This document shows positions 39,438-49,324 of a DNA stretch of 64,000 nt, piece by piece. The DNA lies in assembly GCA_963807605.1 (NCBI GenBank), contig CAWECG010000003.1:576001-640000 (forward strand), written 5' to 3'. The notes beneath the pieces are model-generated. The model saw nothing but the letters and a program-made list of their open reading frames with translations. It did no database searches and was not told the origin of the DNA. The translations under genes and the position numbers were made by a program. The DNA is from Candidatus Bathyarchaeota archaeon. GTDB lineage: Archaea; Thermoproteota; Bathyarchaeia; 40CM-2-53-6; RBG-13-38-9. Position 1 is the first letter of the stretch. Every line of letters begins with the position of its first letter.

Positions 39438-40178
39438 TTATTGTTCGAGTTCGGTGAAACATACTAGGCCTCCAAGTTGACTAAGACGAACACCCGCCTT
39501 CGTTTCTACGTTAACTATCCTAGTCTTGATATGCTTGTTCTTTGAAATCTGTAGAAGTCGGTGAACTCTGTTTTTCTCTCGAGTATTAGCCAGGTATCTG
39601 TCCGTAAGCACAATATATTCGGGCTTCAGGTTGCCGTGCCCCAATTGGCTGTTCACAAGTTCCTCCATTTCTTCGAGTGAGTATAGGACTGTACTGCTAT
39701 CAAGTTCATTAAGACGCTTTTCTAAAGCATCCACGATATGGTCGGCATCTTCCGACGTGATCTTGTTCAATACCCTTCGGAACTCCTCGGTTTTCACCAA
39801 ATCAGACACTTCGTGGAGTTGACCTGCAGAGCCGACCAGTTCACCAAAGACAGCAGTGTTGGCGCCGTATTCTCGGACAAGCCACGGGTGACGTTTTCGG
39901 ACGTGATCGAGAAAGTCTCGACCATAATTCTTCTTCATAGGCGCCGTAACTACTATGCTCCTTATCCCCTCCTTTAGCAGGGGTCTCAAGGCATCCACGG
40001 CGGATTCGTGAAAATTATACAGATCCTTTTTGTCTTTGCCGCCGAGTTCCACCGTGACATGATATTTTACTACTCTGCTGAATATCTGCCACAGAACTGC
40101 TCGTTTCTCTTCGAAACCTATCAGAACCGCTGCGGGGTATCCGCGTTTGTAGTGACGGTTTCTCTTCCTATCTGCCAC
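39438..40178 (-). CDS. Pelota/aeRF1 domain 2+3-like protein lacking the N-terminal domain
   Basis: AVLIGFEEKRAVL, IVVTAP, VLYSLEE, IVLTD, ETKAGVRLSQLGGL resemble eRF1_2/eRF1_3; no GGQ or NIKS. Confidence 0.65.
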   Translation of the reverse strand: MADRKRNRHYKRGYPAAVLIGFEEKRAVLWQIFSRVVKYHVTVELGGKDKKDLYNFHESAVDALRPLLKEGIRSIVVTAPMKKNYGRDFLDHVRKRHPWLVREYGANTAVFGELVGSAGQLHEVSDLVKTEEFRRVLNKITSEDADHIVDALEKRLNELDSSTVLYSLEEMEELVNSQLGHGNLKPEYIVLTDRYLANTREKNRVHRLLQISKNKHIKTRIVNVETKAGVRLSQLGGLVCFTELEQ

Positions 40179-40390
40179 TGTATTTCACTCTTTGTCATGT
40201 TTCAATGGCAAAGCCGCCATTTTAGTATGACAGGTCATCATCGAAGAAGGGCGCGCGGGAGTCTTCTTCATGTTTATACTCAAAAAGACGGCTCTGGGAA
40301 TTCAGTTGCCTCTGTCTGACAAGACAGCGGATCTTTCGCGTACGCACATGAAATCGTTGACTAGACCTGCTTGCATCAAGCGGTTCCAGA

Positions 40391-40516
40391 GTGTTGAAAG
40401 TGATTGCTGAATATGAGAAAAATCCAATCATCACTCCGAGGGAGGGGCGAGAATGGGAAGCCGGAGGAATGTTTAATCCTAGCGCGGCGGTTCACGGAGG
40501 AGGAGCGCGCACGTAA
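40391..40516 (+). pseudogene. N-terminal fragment of a GH130-like glycosidase
   Basis: YEKNPIITPREGREWEAGGMFNPSAA, then GCGCGCACG and TAA. Confidence 0.6.
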
Positions 40517-40672
40517 TCAATGATTCCAACTTCTGCTGTTTGCTGCTCTCAAATTTCAAAACGAGAAGAAGAGAGGTAAAGAACACATCTGCAGCTTTGG
40601 AGGAAGCAACTTGTATCATCGAAGTGCGCGCTGTTAGGTTCTCTTCTTCTATTACCCTCAGACATACATTAG

Positions 40673-41059
40673 TTGCGTCAGGATGACATAAATAAGACGA
40701 TGGCATATAAAAAGACACAAAAGAGTCTAACACATATGGCGGAAAATAGTTCAGAGAACAAGACTCCATCCAAACTTGATGTCGACAGACCGCAGGATTT
40801 CAAGTTCCATGTCGCGTACGATGTCTATTCTCGAGCTTGGGAGGAAAACACCTCCGAATTCGTTAGGGTCAAGTTGAACGAACTAATATCCGCTCTCGCG
40901 AAAGATGAGAATGGTTATTCAGGCTTCTACGCTCAGATAAAGGAATTCCGAAGGGATCTGAACCCCTTCAGGTCTGGGAACACAAGGATAGAGACCCAGA
41001 GAAAAAGATCCTGGCAAAAGAACGATACTAAGGATAGAAGAAATCGTCGTTATCGATAA
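40673..41059 (+). CDS. Hypothetical protein with highly basic C-terminus
   Basis: Ends ...QRKRSWQKNDTKDRRNRRYR; immediately upstream of hflX. Confidence 0.6.
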   Translation: MRQDDINKTMAYKKTQKSLTHMAENSSENKTPSKLDVDRPQDFKFHVAYDVYSRAWEENTSEFVRVKLNELISALAKDENGYSGFYAQIKEFRRDLNPFRSGNTRIETQRKRSWQKNDTKDRRNRRYR

Positions 41060-41081
41060 AGAACTAGCAAGCAAAAGGCAT

Positions 41082-42215
41082 TTGAAAACTGTGCAGGGTC
41101 TGAAAGCGCTTCTCGTAGAATGCATTACTTCCGGAAATGCATCTCGAATAGATGAAGTGAATGATATCGCCAAGAATGCAGGTTACGATGTGATAGGACA
41201 AGTTACACAACATCGTAACTCAATCGATCCAAGCTACTACATAGGCGAAGGGAAACTCGACGAGATCAGAAAGACGGTTGAAAGAGATTCGATTAACGTC
41301 GTTATTTTTGCTCGACAGCTTTCCGCTGGCCAGATATTTCGAATAAAGAAGAAGCTCGGGGGTGGAATTGAGGTTCTTGACAGAAACCTACTCATATTGG
41401 AGATCTTCGAAAAACGCAGCGCTACAAAGGAGGCTATGCTCCAAGTAACCTTAGCGAGATTGCGCTACACATTTTCTTGGGCTAGAGAATCAGTTCGAAT
41501 GCGAGGTATCGCTAGCGAACAGATGGGACGAGGCGGCCCTGGCCAATACCCCTACGAAGCCTATGAATCAATGTCGCGCAAACGAATTAGCAAAATTGAA
41601 AACCAACTCCGCGACATAAGACTGAAGAAAGCTCATCTTCGCGAACACCGAGGAAAAGCGGGCTTCCGAATCGTAGCCTTGACGGGCTACACGCAAAGTG
41701 GAAAGACCACCCTGTTTAACAGGATCACCTCCGAATCAAAGGAAATAGGGATGGGCCCGTTTACTACGCTATCCACATTTGCCCGAAAAGTCTCAACATC
41801 TTCGAAAAGAGAATCTGCCGCTTCATTCATCATTATTGACTCTATCGGATTTATCGAAGACCTCAACCCTCTGCTTCTAAATGCTTTCCACACTACACTA
41901 AGTGAACTCGCAAATTCGGATCTAATCCTCCTGTTCGTAGACGGTAGCGATGAAATTGAAACGGTAAAGAGAAAGATTCTTTCCTCACGTAAAATTATGG
42001 ATAAGGAAATCAGTGGAGTCCCCGTTCTGATATGCATAAATAAGGTAGACATTGCGACGCGTGAACATCTGGACAAGGTGCTCGAGGAAACCCGCAAGAT
42101 ATTCAGTACAGAAGAGATAGTGGAGATAAGTTCGAAGACAGGAGTCAACGTGCCAGATCTTCTATGCAAGATTGCAGAGAGGCTCGCCTTGACGACTCCG
42201 CCTACACTTGCTTGA
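41082..42215 (+). CDS. hflX: HflX-family GTPase (divergent)
   Basis: IGEGKL, DR..LILEIF, LARLRY; G1 GYTQSGKTT, G3 DSIG, G4 NKVD. Confidence 0.9.
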   Translation: MKTVQGLKALLVECITSGNASRIDEVNDIAKNAGYDVIGQVTQHRNSIDPSYYIGEGKLDEIRKTVERDSINVVIFARQLSAGQIFRIKKKLGGGIEVLDRNLLILEIFEKRSATKEAMLQVTLARLRYTFSWARESVRMRGIASEQMGRGGPGQYPYEAYESMSRKRISKIENQLRDIRLKKAHLREHRGKAGFRIVALTGYTQSGKTTLFNRITSESKEIGMGPFTTLSTFARKVSTSSKRESAASFIIIDSIGFIEDLNPLLLNAFHTTLSELANSDLILLFVDGSDEIETVKRKILSSRKIMDKEISGVPVLICINKVDIATREHLDKVLEETRKIFSTEEIVEISSKTGVNVPDLLCKIAERLALTTPPTLA

Positions 42216-42472
42216 GATCTTGCCCGTCTTGATAAGAATTAATAAGATTGGCTGGGAACTCATCTACTTGTCTCATCATAAGGATGAGACTTGGCCTATC
42301 CAAAGTACGCATAACGGGTCGAACCTTCTGAGGCTCGAACTCACACAAATTTTTAGCCCTTTTTCAATGCCAAAAATGCTGCCAGAACGCGTAAGGTGAA
42401 GCGTGCGCGTGTTAGTTGAGCGCCTGTAAGGAAGGCGGTCCAAGATTGTCGTGATGGGTATGCTAAAAAGCC

Positions 42473-43162
42473 TCAAGTTAAGAGATATCGAAGGCGGGGA
42501 ATTCTTCGCAGCGTAAGGAGAATTGGAACACCCACCAAAAAAGAGACCACAACCACCAAGACATCTTCAACGTATGAGTCGATCGCCCCCAATACAAAAG
42601 TGGAATACACTGCCTCTGGAGTAAGTCCGAATAGCAGGTATAGTCCGACTGGGATGAACAAGAACACTCGCGTCAAAGCGTCGGTCGCAGTACCCACAAA
42701 GGAAAGGAGAACCACAGACACAGACAGATGCCTAAGATTCTGCTCAAGCAGGTTTCCAGCCATCTTTGCAACAGGGTAAACGAGTACAAAAGCAAGTAGG
42801 ATATCGAGGATCGTCCAAAAGGGAAGCCACCTTCCAAACGGATGGACAAAATAAGCACCCAACATAACTGCGTAAATCACGAAAACCGGCTTCCATCTTC
42901 CCCTGGCTAGAAAGCCGCAAGCCAAAACTCCTAAAGGCTCAGCAATAATTCCAAACATCCAAAAGTCAATGGGCTTAATCATTCTAGCGATGACGCTGCC
43001 CAAGAAGGCGGCGAGAAAACCCGCCCACGGACCGAGTATAATGCCCTCAATAGGTTCCAAGTATATGGCCCAGTTGCGCCACAAACCAAAGGATAGAAAA
43101 TATAGGGTTACGTGGAACGCCGCAAATGTTGAGATCAACCCGATCTTCAAAGATCTTTGCAT
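42473..43162 (-). CDS. ECF S-component-like membrane protein
   Basis: Multiple TM helices, GIILGPWAG. Confidence 0.55.
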   Translation of the reverse strand: MQRSLKIGLISTFAAFHVTLYFLSFGLWRNWAIYLEPIEGIILGPWAGFLAAFLGSVIARMIKPIDFWMFGIIAEPLGVLACGFLARGRWKPVFVIYAVMLGAYFVHPFGRWLPFWTILDILLAFVLVYPVAKMAGNLLEQNLRHLSVSVVLLSFVGTATDALTRVFLFIPVGLYLLFGLTPEAVYSTFVLGAIDSYVEDVLVVVVSFLVGVPILLTLRRIPRLRYLLT

Positions 43163-43199
43163 AAACACGTCACGAGAGTCTAATGATGGTTGCTCCGCT

Positions 43200-45290
43200 T
43201 TAATTCCTGATTCTGATCCTTGCGTCTGCAACAGCGCATTCATTAGCAGACACGATTACGGGGTTCAGGTCCATTTCGGCAATCGGTTGTTCGAAGGCAA
43301 GGAAGGAAGCCCTCATTATCAGATTAGCTAGGCTTTTCAAATCAGCAGGGGGTTGCCCCCTTATTCCTGCGAGCAACTTTGCGGCCTTGGTATTAGATAT
43401 CATACTTAATGCTTCCTCTTCTGAGAGAGGCGCCAAGCCGTAGGTAAGATCTTGAAAAGCCTCGACAAATAACCCGCCTAGACCGAAGGCTACCACAGTA
43501 CCGAAGTCTCTGTCCACAGTTGAGCCTACAATGACCTCCACACCTGCCTCTAACTGATTTTCGATGAGAACTCCGTCGATTGTAGCCTCGGGCTTCTTGC
43601 CTTTGACGTTCTGGATGATCTGGTTGAATGTCTCAGAAGCTTCTTCGGAGTTCCTTACATTAGTCATCACGCCGCCAACGTCCGACTTGTGCGTTATATC
43701 AGGAGAGAGTACTTTCATGACGACGGGGAATCCTAGTTTGGACGCGCATGAACTTGCTTCCGGTGCCGTCTTAGCGATGTACTCGATTGTTGTCTTTATG
43801 CCGTAGTCTCTCAAGACATCTTTGCTTTCAACTTCGGTAAGCATATCGTGACCGTCGAATAGCGCATTCTTGAATATCTGATTTACCAGATCTCTTCTTG
43901 CAGGCAACTTATCTGGTGCGTGCCATTTCCTGGTTTTGCCTGCTTCTATCAATCCTTGGATGGCCCTAATGGCGCGCTCAGTAGTAGGGTAAGTTGGTAC
44001 GCCCGCCTCCTCCAACTTCTTTATCAGTTGCTGCGAAAAGTCGCCCCCCGTCGCCCAACAGACAATAGGTTTAGCCTGCCTCTGGACTTCAGCAATTACA
44101 TTGACGACATCAGAAGATAATGGGGGATTCAGAAAAACAACAAAATTTAGTATCGCGTCTATCTGGGGTTCTTCCAACACTATCTGGAAAGTCTTTTGAT
44201 AATCCTCAGTTGTCGCGCTCCCAGTTAGGTCTACGTATTCTCCGATTACCGCGTATGAAGGTAATGAAGAAACCAATTTGGTCAAAATTCCTTTTGAAAA
44301 GTCAACGATCTTTAGGCCTAATTCGTGGCAGAGATCGGCTGCAGCCACAGATGGCCCTGCAGCATTTGTGACTATTGTGAGATTTCTTCCTCTTGCGACC
44401 GGTTGCTTTTCAATTGCTTTCGATAGATCGAAGAGTTCCTCGAATGATTCTGCAAGAATCATACCTGAACTTTTGAAGAGTGACTTGCATACTTGATATG
44501 AGCCGGTTATTGCTCCAGTGTGGCTCTTTGCCGCTTTTGATCCTTCGACTCTGCCCGTTTTCAGAGCTACTATAGGCTTTCTTGCCGTGACCTCTCTTGC
44601 TTCTTTGAATAGCTGCCTTCCATCGCTTATGCTCTCCAAATGCAACGCGATTACTTTGGTAAACGGATCCCGACCGAGGTATCGCACCATATCTATCTCA
44701 TTCACGTCACATCGATTTCCGAGGCTGACAAGCCTTCTCATTCCGAGTCTTGAGTTCGTAGCCCATTCAAGAAACGTAAGGCCGAATGTTCCACTTTGCG
44801 TGACAAATGAGACTCCTCCAGGAGTGGGTCTTATCATCCGGTCATGTGGGTAGAAGAATGTGTCAAGTCGTGATGTACTATCAAATACCCCAATACAGTT
44901 GGGGCCAATTATCCTCATTCCATATTCATGCGCAGTCGCTACGAGTTGATCTTCGTATAGGGCTTTATCTTCCCCCATCTCTTTGAAGCCGCCAGATACG
45001 ATTATCGCGTTCTTGACGCCTTTTCGTCCCGCTTCCTCGACCAGTTCTGGAAGTATGTTAGAGCCTGCAACGTATACTGCAAGGTCGATTTTCTCTTGAA
45101 CGGCATTTATCGACGGATAGCATTTCAAGCCGAGTATGGCTTCTGCATTCGGATTGATGGGATAGACCTTGCCCTTGAATTGGTATTGTGATATGTTTCT
45201 AACAAGTTCGTGCCCAATTTTTCCTGGTTTTGAAGATGCGCCTACGACGGCAACACTCTGGGGAGAGAAGAAATTGTCTAAAGGATCCAT
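43200..45290 (-). CDS. ADP-forming acyl-CoA synthetase, fused alpha-beta
   Basis: GPNCIG, QSG, KSHTG phospho-His, HKSDVGGV, DLNP. Confidence 0.93.
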   Translation of the reverse strand: MDPLDNFFSPQSVAVVGASSKPGKIGHELVRNISQYQFKGKVYPINPNAEAILGLKCYPSINAVQEKIDLAVYVAGSNILPELVEEAGRKGVKNAIIVSGGFKEMGEDKALYEDQLVATAHEYGMRIIGPNCIGVFDSTSRLDTFFYPHDRMIRPTPGGVSFVTQSGTFGLTFLEWATNSRLGMRRLVSLGNRCDVNEIDMVRYLGRDPFTKVIALHLESISDGRQLFKEAREVTARKPIVALKTGRVEGSKAAKSHTGAITGSYQVCKSLFKSSGMILAESFEELFDLSKAIEKQPVARGRNLTIVTNAAGPSVAAADLCHELGLKIVDFSKGILTKLVSSLPSYAVIGEYVDLTGSATTEDYQKTFQIVLEEPQIDAILNFVVFLNPPLSSDVVNVIAEVQRQAKPIVCWATGGDFSQQLIKKLEEAGVPTYPTTERAIRAIQGLIEAGKTRKWHAPDKLPARRDLVNQIFKNALFDGHDMLTEVESKDVLRDYGIKTTIEYIAKTAPEASSCASKLGFPVVMKVLSPDITHKSDVGGVMTNVRNSEEASETFNQIIQNVKGKKPEATIDGVLIENQLEAGVEVIVGSTVDRDFGTVVAFGLGGLFVEAFQDLTYGLAPLSEEEALSMISNTKAAKLLAGIRGQPPADLKSLANLIMRASFLAFEQPIAEMDLNPVIVSANECAVADARIRIRN

Positions 45291-45329
45291 CTGCTTATGT
45301 CCTCACCATATCGTTACGCCAGCATTTCG

Positions 45330-46541
45330 CTAGCTTCCCCTGTATTCCGAGAGTGGCAGTGCTTCTCCTTCGTACATTCTTCGCATTAGTTGCTCAGCGT
45401 CCTTGTCTGTCAAGGTCCGAGGATTATGCGCTAGCAGTCTTTTGACCGTGAGCATGTTCTTAGCCATCGATTGCAATTCCGCCTCCTTGATTTCTATTTG
45501 CTTCAAGGAGATCGGGTTGTTGACCTCTTCCATAAGTTTCCTAACAGCCCTTACAGCATTGAATGCGTTCTTTTCGGGGCCAACTCCATCTTCCTTGGCA
45601 CCCGCCGCCTCAGCTATCGCCACCAGTTGAGGTAGACAGGCTGAAGAGTTGAACTCCATCACATACGGTAGGGCAAGAGCACATCCTACTCCGTGGGGGA
45701 CCGTTACTGTGAAAGAATAGGCGGCTGCATGCCCGGCGCACACACCAGATATGGCCAGAGAGATTCCAGCAAGCATGGAAGCTAGTGACATATCACGTCG
45801 GGCCACTATATCATCGCCTTCACGGTAAGCCTTCGGCAGACTCTGGAAGATGAGTTTGACAGCTTTTACTGCCAAGGGCTCGCAGAATAGATTCAGATCA
45901 ATCGACATGAGTGATTCAACAGCGTGGGTTAATGCATCTAATCCTGTGGCGGCAGTAACGTTGGGCGGCATGGTTAGGCTTAGTAAGGGATCGATGACGG
46001 CTACATCTGCTATGTTATAAGGGGTAACTATTCCCAGTTTCAAATGCTCTTCTTTGTTGGAAATGATCGCGTTCATGGTGATCTCGGCTCCTGTGCCTGC
46101 AGTTGTTGGGATGAGAATTTTCGGTAGGCCGGGCTTGGGTACCTTGTCTACTCCAATGAAATCTGTTAGGGGGTTTGGGTTAGTAGCACTTATCGAAGCC
46201 AGCTTAGCCATGTCGAGAGAGCTGCCTCCACCCAATCCTATAACCAAGTCATAGGAAGACTTCCTAGCGACCCTCACTACCTGATCGGCCGCAGGCATAC
46301 TTGGTTCGGGCTCTACTCTGTCAAATACTTCTGTTTTAAGGCCTACTTCTCGAAGAGGCTCTAATATCTTGGTGCTTACTCCGATCTTGCTGATTATTGG
46401 ATCGGTGATGAGCAGTACAGATTTGGGTCTGAATTCTTGAGCCACTCTTGGTATCTCTTTGACGACACCTTCACCGAACATGATCTTTTTCGGAAGTTGA
46501 ACCGTAAAGTCCATTCTAACTGACATGTGAAGCAGCCTCAA
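45330..46541 (-). CDS. Iron-containing alcohol dehydrogenase
   Basis: GGGSSLD, PTTAGTG, DALTHAVE, PHG. Confidence 0.93.
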   Translation of the reverse strand: MRLLHMSVRMDFTVQLPKKIMFGEGVVKEIPRVAQEFRPKSVLLITDPIISKIGVSTKILEPLREVGLKTEVFDRVEPEPSMPAADQVVRVARKSSYDLVIGLGGGSSLDMAKLASISATNPNPLTDFIGVDKVPKPGLPKILIPTTAGTGAEITMNAIISNKEEHLKLGIVTPYNIADVAVIDPLLSLTMPPNVTAATGLDALTHAVESLMSIDLNLFCEPLAVKAVKLIFQSLPKAYREGDDIVARRDMSLASMLAGISLAISGVCAGHAAAYSFTVTVPHGVGCALALPYVMEFNSSACLPQLVAIAEAAGAKEDGVGPEKNAFNAVRAVRKLMEEVNNPISLKQIEIKEAELQSMAKNMLTVKRLLAHNPRTLTDKDAEQLMRRMYEGEALPLSEYRGS

Positions 46542-46922
46542 CGAAGATAGTCATAGGCTTGTCTAAATAAAATTATGATGGAGCTGCCAGTATGAACCCT
46601 ATGGTATGAGTCCAAGGGGGTGTCGAACGGATCCGTGTGGAATCCGTCCGCGTGCGTGTGTTTTGTACTGACATTAGGTGTGTTGTCTTACTGGTTTGTC
46701 GCAGATTTCCAGAGAGACGATGCCCTTTAGTCGTTTCCTGGGCCTCAGGACATGGAGAATCCTAGTAGGAAGATTCAGTGTCTTTCGCGTTTATCCTAGT
46801 GCAATCAAAGCAATAACCTCGGACTTTTCAGGAATCCTTAATGTCTCATAGATATCTTCTTCATTGAGGTTTCCTGCCCAACATGGTGTCCAAAACGTGC
46901 CATTTTACGCACGCGTAATTGG

Positions 46923-47543
46923 CTACTGTTTAACTGCGACTATGGCCTTCGCAATGTCGTAGACCAAGTCTTTCTCCTTTCTGACGACAAAACCTGCCTT
47001 TCGAAGGTTCTCAAGTGTATCCCTGTTTATATTGTCTGTAATCCTGAGGGCCAAGGGGTTGAGACTGTCCATCAGTCTGCCAAGTTCCTTATTCTTGCTC
47101 TTGATGTGTTCGAGCATAAGTAATGCGCCACCTCTTTTGAGCACCCTGCGTACTTCCTTCAACCCTTTGATAGGGTCGGTAACGGCGCAGAAAACCCAAG
47201 AAGTGAATACTGAGTCGAAGGTTTCATCTTTGAAAGAGAGTTTCTGAACGTCCTGATGCAGCAATTCAACCTCGACATTAAGGTCCTTCAATTTCTTCTT
47301 GGCTCGCCACAACATCTCTTGACTTATGTCTATGGCAATGATCTTTTTACTCGGCGGATAGTCTCTGAGACTGCTTCCAGTTCCAACGCCCACTTCCAGG
47401 ATTTTGCCTTTGGCTTGGCGAAGAAGATCTTTGCGGTGCTTTGAGGATAATCTGTCCACGCCGAGCGTGAAGCTATCATAAAAACGTGCCACGCGATCGA
47501 ATTGAAATGCAGCGTGGTCTTCGACAGATTTGACGTTCTTCAC
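46923..47543 (-). CDS. Class I SAM-dependent methyltransferase
   Basis: LEVGVGTG, VFCAV.DP, RRVLK.GG, LEH; start placed at GTG 47543. Confidence 0.88.
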   Translation of the reverse strand: MKNVKSVEDHAAFQFDRVARFYDSFTLGVDRLSSKHRKDLLRQAKGKILEVGVGTGSSLRDYPPSKKIIAIDISQEMLWRAKKKLKDLNVEVELLHQDVQKLSFKDETFDSVFTSWVFCAVTDPIKGLKEVRRVLKRGGALLMLEHIKSKNKELGRLMDSLNPLALRITDNINRDTLENLRKAGFVVRKEKDLVYDIAKAIVAVKQ

Positions 47544-47702
47544 ATGATCCGCCTCACAAATCGATGTACCTTGCATCGAGCCGTGTAGATGCATGATCGA
47601 TCTATTGAGTTGCGACTCGACGATCGATATTCTTGACGTTTTTGGAGCAATAACAGTTACTAAAGAGCGACTGCCAGCACCGGAGAGGCGGATCGGAAAA
47701 GA

Positions 47703-48131
47703 ATGAGGCTCAAGAATACAAGCAGGTATCCTACGGTCGAGGTTCAAAGACTGGTGAGACTTGCGGCGAAGGGAGTCGACTCTTCAAGAGTTGAAGTCCA
47801 TGTTAAGAATTCGAAATGGATTTTCGCTGGAAGGGCTTGGCATAATATTGGGCACAACAGTATTGTGAGTGTTGCAGATGATGTTGATGATCTTGTGGTC
47901 ATACGGGTGGGTTCCCCAGATCGGTTCCCAATAGAGTTTCAATATCCAAAGCTCAAGACGGCGCCAATGTACTTGATAAGCAATTGGAAGGAGGCAATTA
48001 TCACACTGACGGCTCATGAACTCTACCATATAAAACAGAAAAGGACTGGAAAGAGAGCCAGTGAGGTCAGGGCTGAAAGATGGGCTTTCAAGAGGCTACA
48101 GGAATGCCGAAAGTTGAATATCACATATTAG
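47703..48131 (+). CDS. Small basic zincin-like protein (HExxH)
   Basis: AHELYH followed by E..A (SEVRAE). Confidence 0.6.
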   Translation: MRLKNTSRYPTVEVQRLVRLAAKGVDSSRVEVHVKNSKWIFAGRAWHNIGHNSIVSVADDVDDLVVIRVGSPDRFPIEFQYPKLKTAPMYLISNWKEAIITLTAHELYHIKQKRTGKRASEVRAERWAFKRLQECRKLNITY

Positions 48132-48136
48132 TCGGT

Positions 48137-49084
48137 CTAGGACGTGCTCTTGACTGAAGCTTTGTATGCACGTTCAAAATCCCTTATCATCTCTTCCATG
48201 TCGTATCTCATATTCCATCCCCACTCCTTCTTGGCAGGGCTCTCATCTATGATCCCAAATCCTTTCCCAAGCATCTTCACAACTTCGGGATCGGGCTTGA
48301 ATGTGATTCGGGATGAAGGGACATGCTCCCTCACTATATCGGCGAATTCTCTAGCAGTAAGTGAAATGCCCGCGAGATTGTATATGCGTGTCTTGATCTT
48401 CTCCCGTGGAGCGTCGTGAAGCATGAGGAGGGCGTTGGCCGCGTCCTTGTAGTAGATACATGGATTTCGACAGTCCTCTTCGACCCAGACCTCGAAAGGC
48501 TTGTCCGCCAGAGAATACTCGATCATCCAAGGCATGTACTGTGACATATGTCTAGTCTTCGCCCCTGGCCCGACCACGGTTGGATACCTCACTGCCCTGA
48601 AATCGAGACCAAACTTTTTCGCATAGAATCTCCCAAGATGTTCACCGAAGAGCTTAGTCAACCCGTACATTGTCTCCGGCTTCTGAACAGTAGAATCGTC
48701 GATAGGCAGGGTATGTCCCGCATAGACCGCCGCGGTGCTTGTGAAGATCACCTTCTCCACGTCAAATAGTCTCGCGGCCTCGAGAACGTGCATCATTCCA
48801 TTCGAATTGACCCTATATGCTGCCCACGGGTTAGCATCCGACGGTATGCTTAACATTGCTCCGAGATGGAATATGCTTCTGACCTTATGGTCTTTAACCG
48901 CGTTGAAGACCTCAGACCAGTTCGACAGGTCACCACGAACTACGCTTACCTTGTCTTCAATTGGCTTCACAGCCTCATAATTAGGTAATACGTCAAAGAG
49001 TACGACTTTCTCTCCTCTGTCAATAAGCATCTTAGCCAGTTCAGACCCGACGAAGCCTGTTCCGCCTGTGATTAGATTCGTCAT
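48137..49084 (-). CDS. Extended SDR, L-threonine 3-dehydrogenase-like epimerase/dehydratase family
   Basis: TGGTGFVG, YGLTK, GLDFRAVRYP. Confidence 0.88.
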   Translation of the reverse strand: MTNLITGGTGFVGSELAKMLIDRGEKVVLFDVLPNYEAVKPIEDKVSVVRGDLSNWSEVFNAVKDHKVRSIFHLGAMLSIPSDANPWAAYRVNSNGMMHVLEAARLFDVEKVIFTSTAAVYAGHTLPIDDSTVQKPETMYGLTKLFGEHLGRFYAKKFGLDFRAVRYPTVVGPGAKTRHMSQYMPWMIEYSLADKPFEVWVEEDCRNPCIYYKDAANALLMLHDAPREKIKTRIYNLAGISLTAREFADIVREHVPSSRITFKPDPEVVKMLGKGFGIIDESPAKKEWGWNMRYDMEEMIRDFERAYKASVKSTS

Positions 49085-49324
49085 TTCGGATACCATCCTA
49101 TGTCGTAGCCGACATGTTCGCACTTAAATGATTGTCCAATTCCTAATTAATCCTTGGAAAGACGCGCGAGCCCCATGTGAAGACTGCCGTGCCTTAACAC
49201 GATAGACGAAAAACCTGTTTTCTTGTATCCTGATGACCTGAAAGAGAAAACAGTCTCGAACGACAGCAAACCCGGGTTTGTCTTGATCGTTCACAAGACC
49301 GAAACATTACTTGGCTTACACGTG

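Noticed and set aside
46540-46920. Riboswitch or C/D sRNA upstream of the Fe-ADH
   Set aside because: Small hairpins are present but no complete consensus could be assigned.
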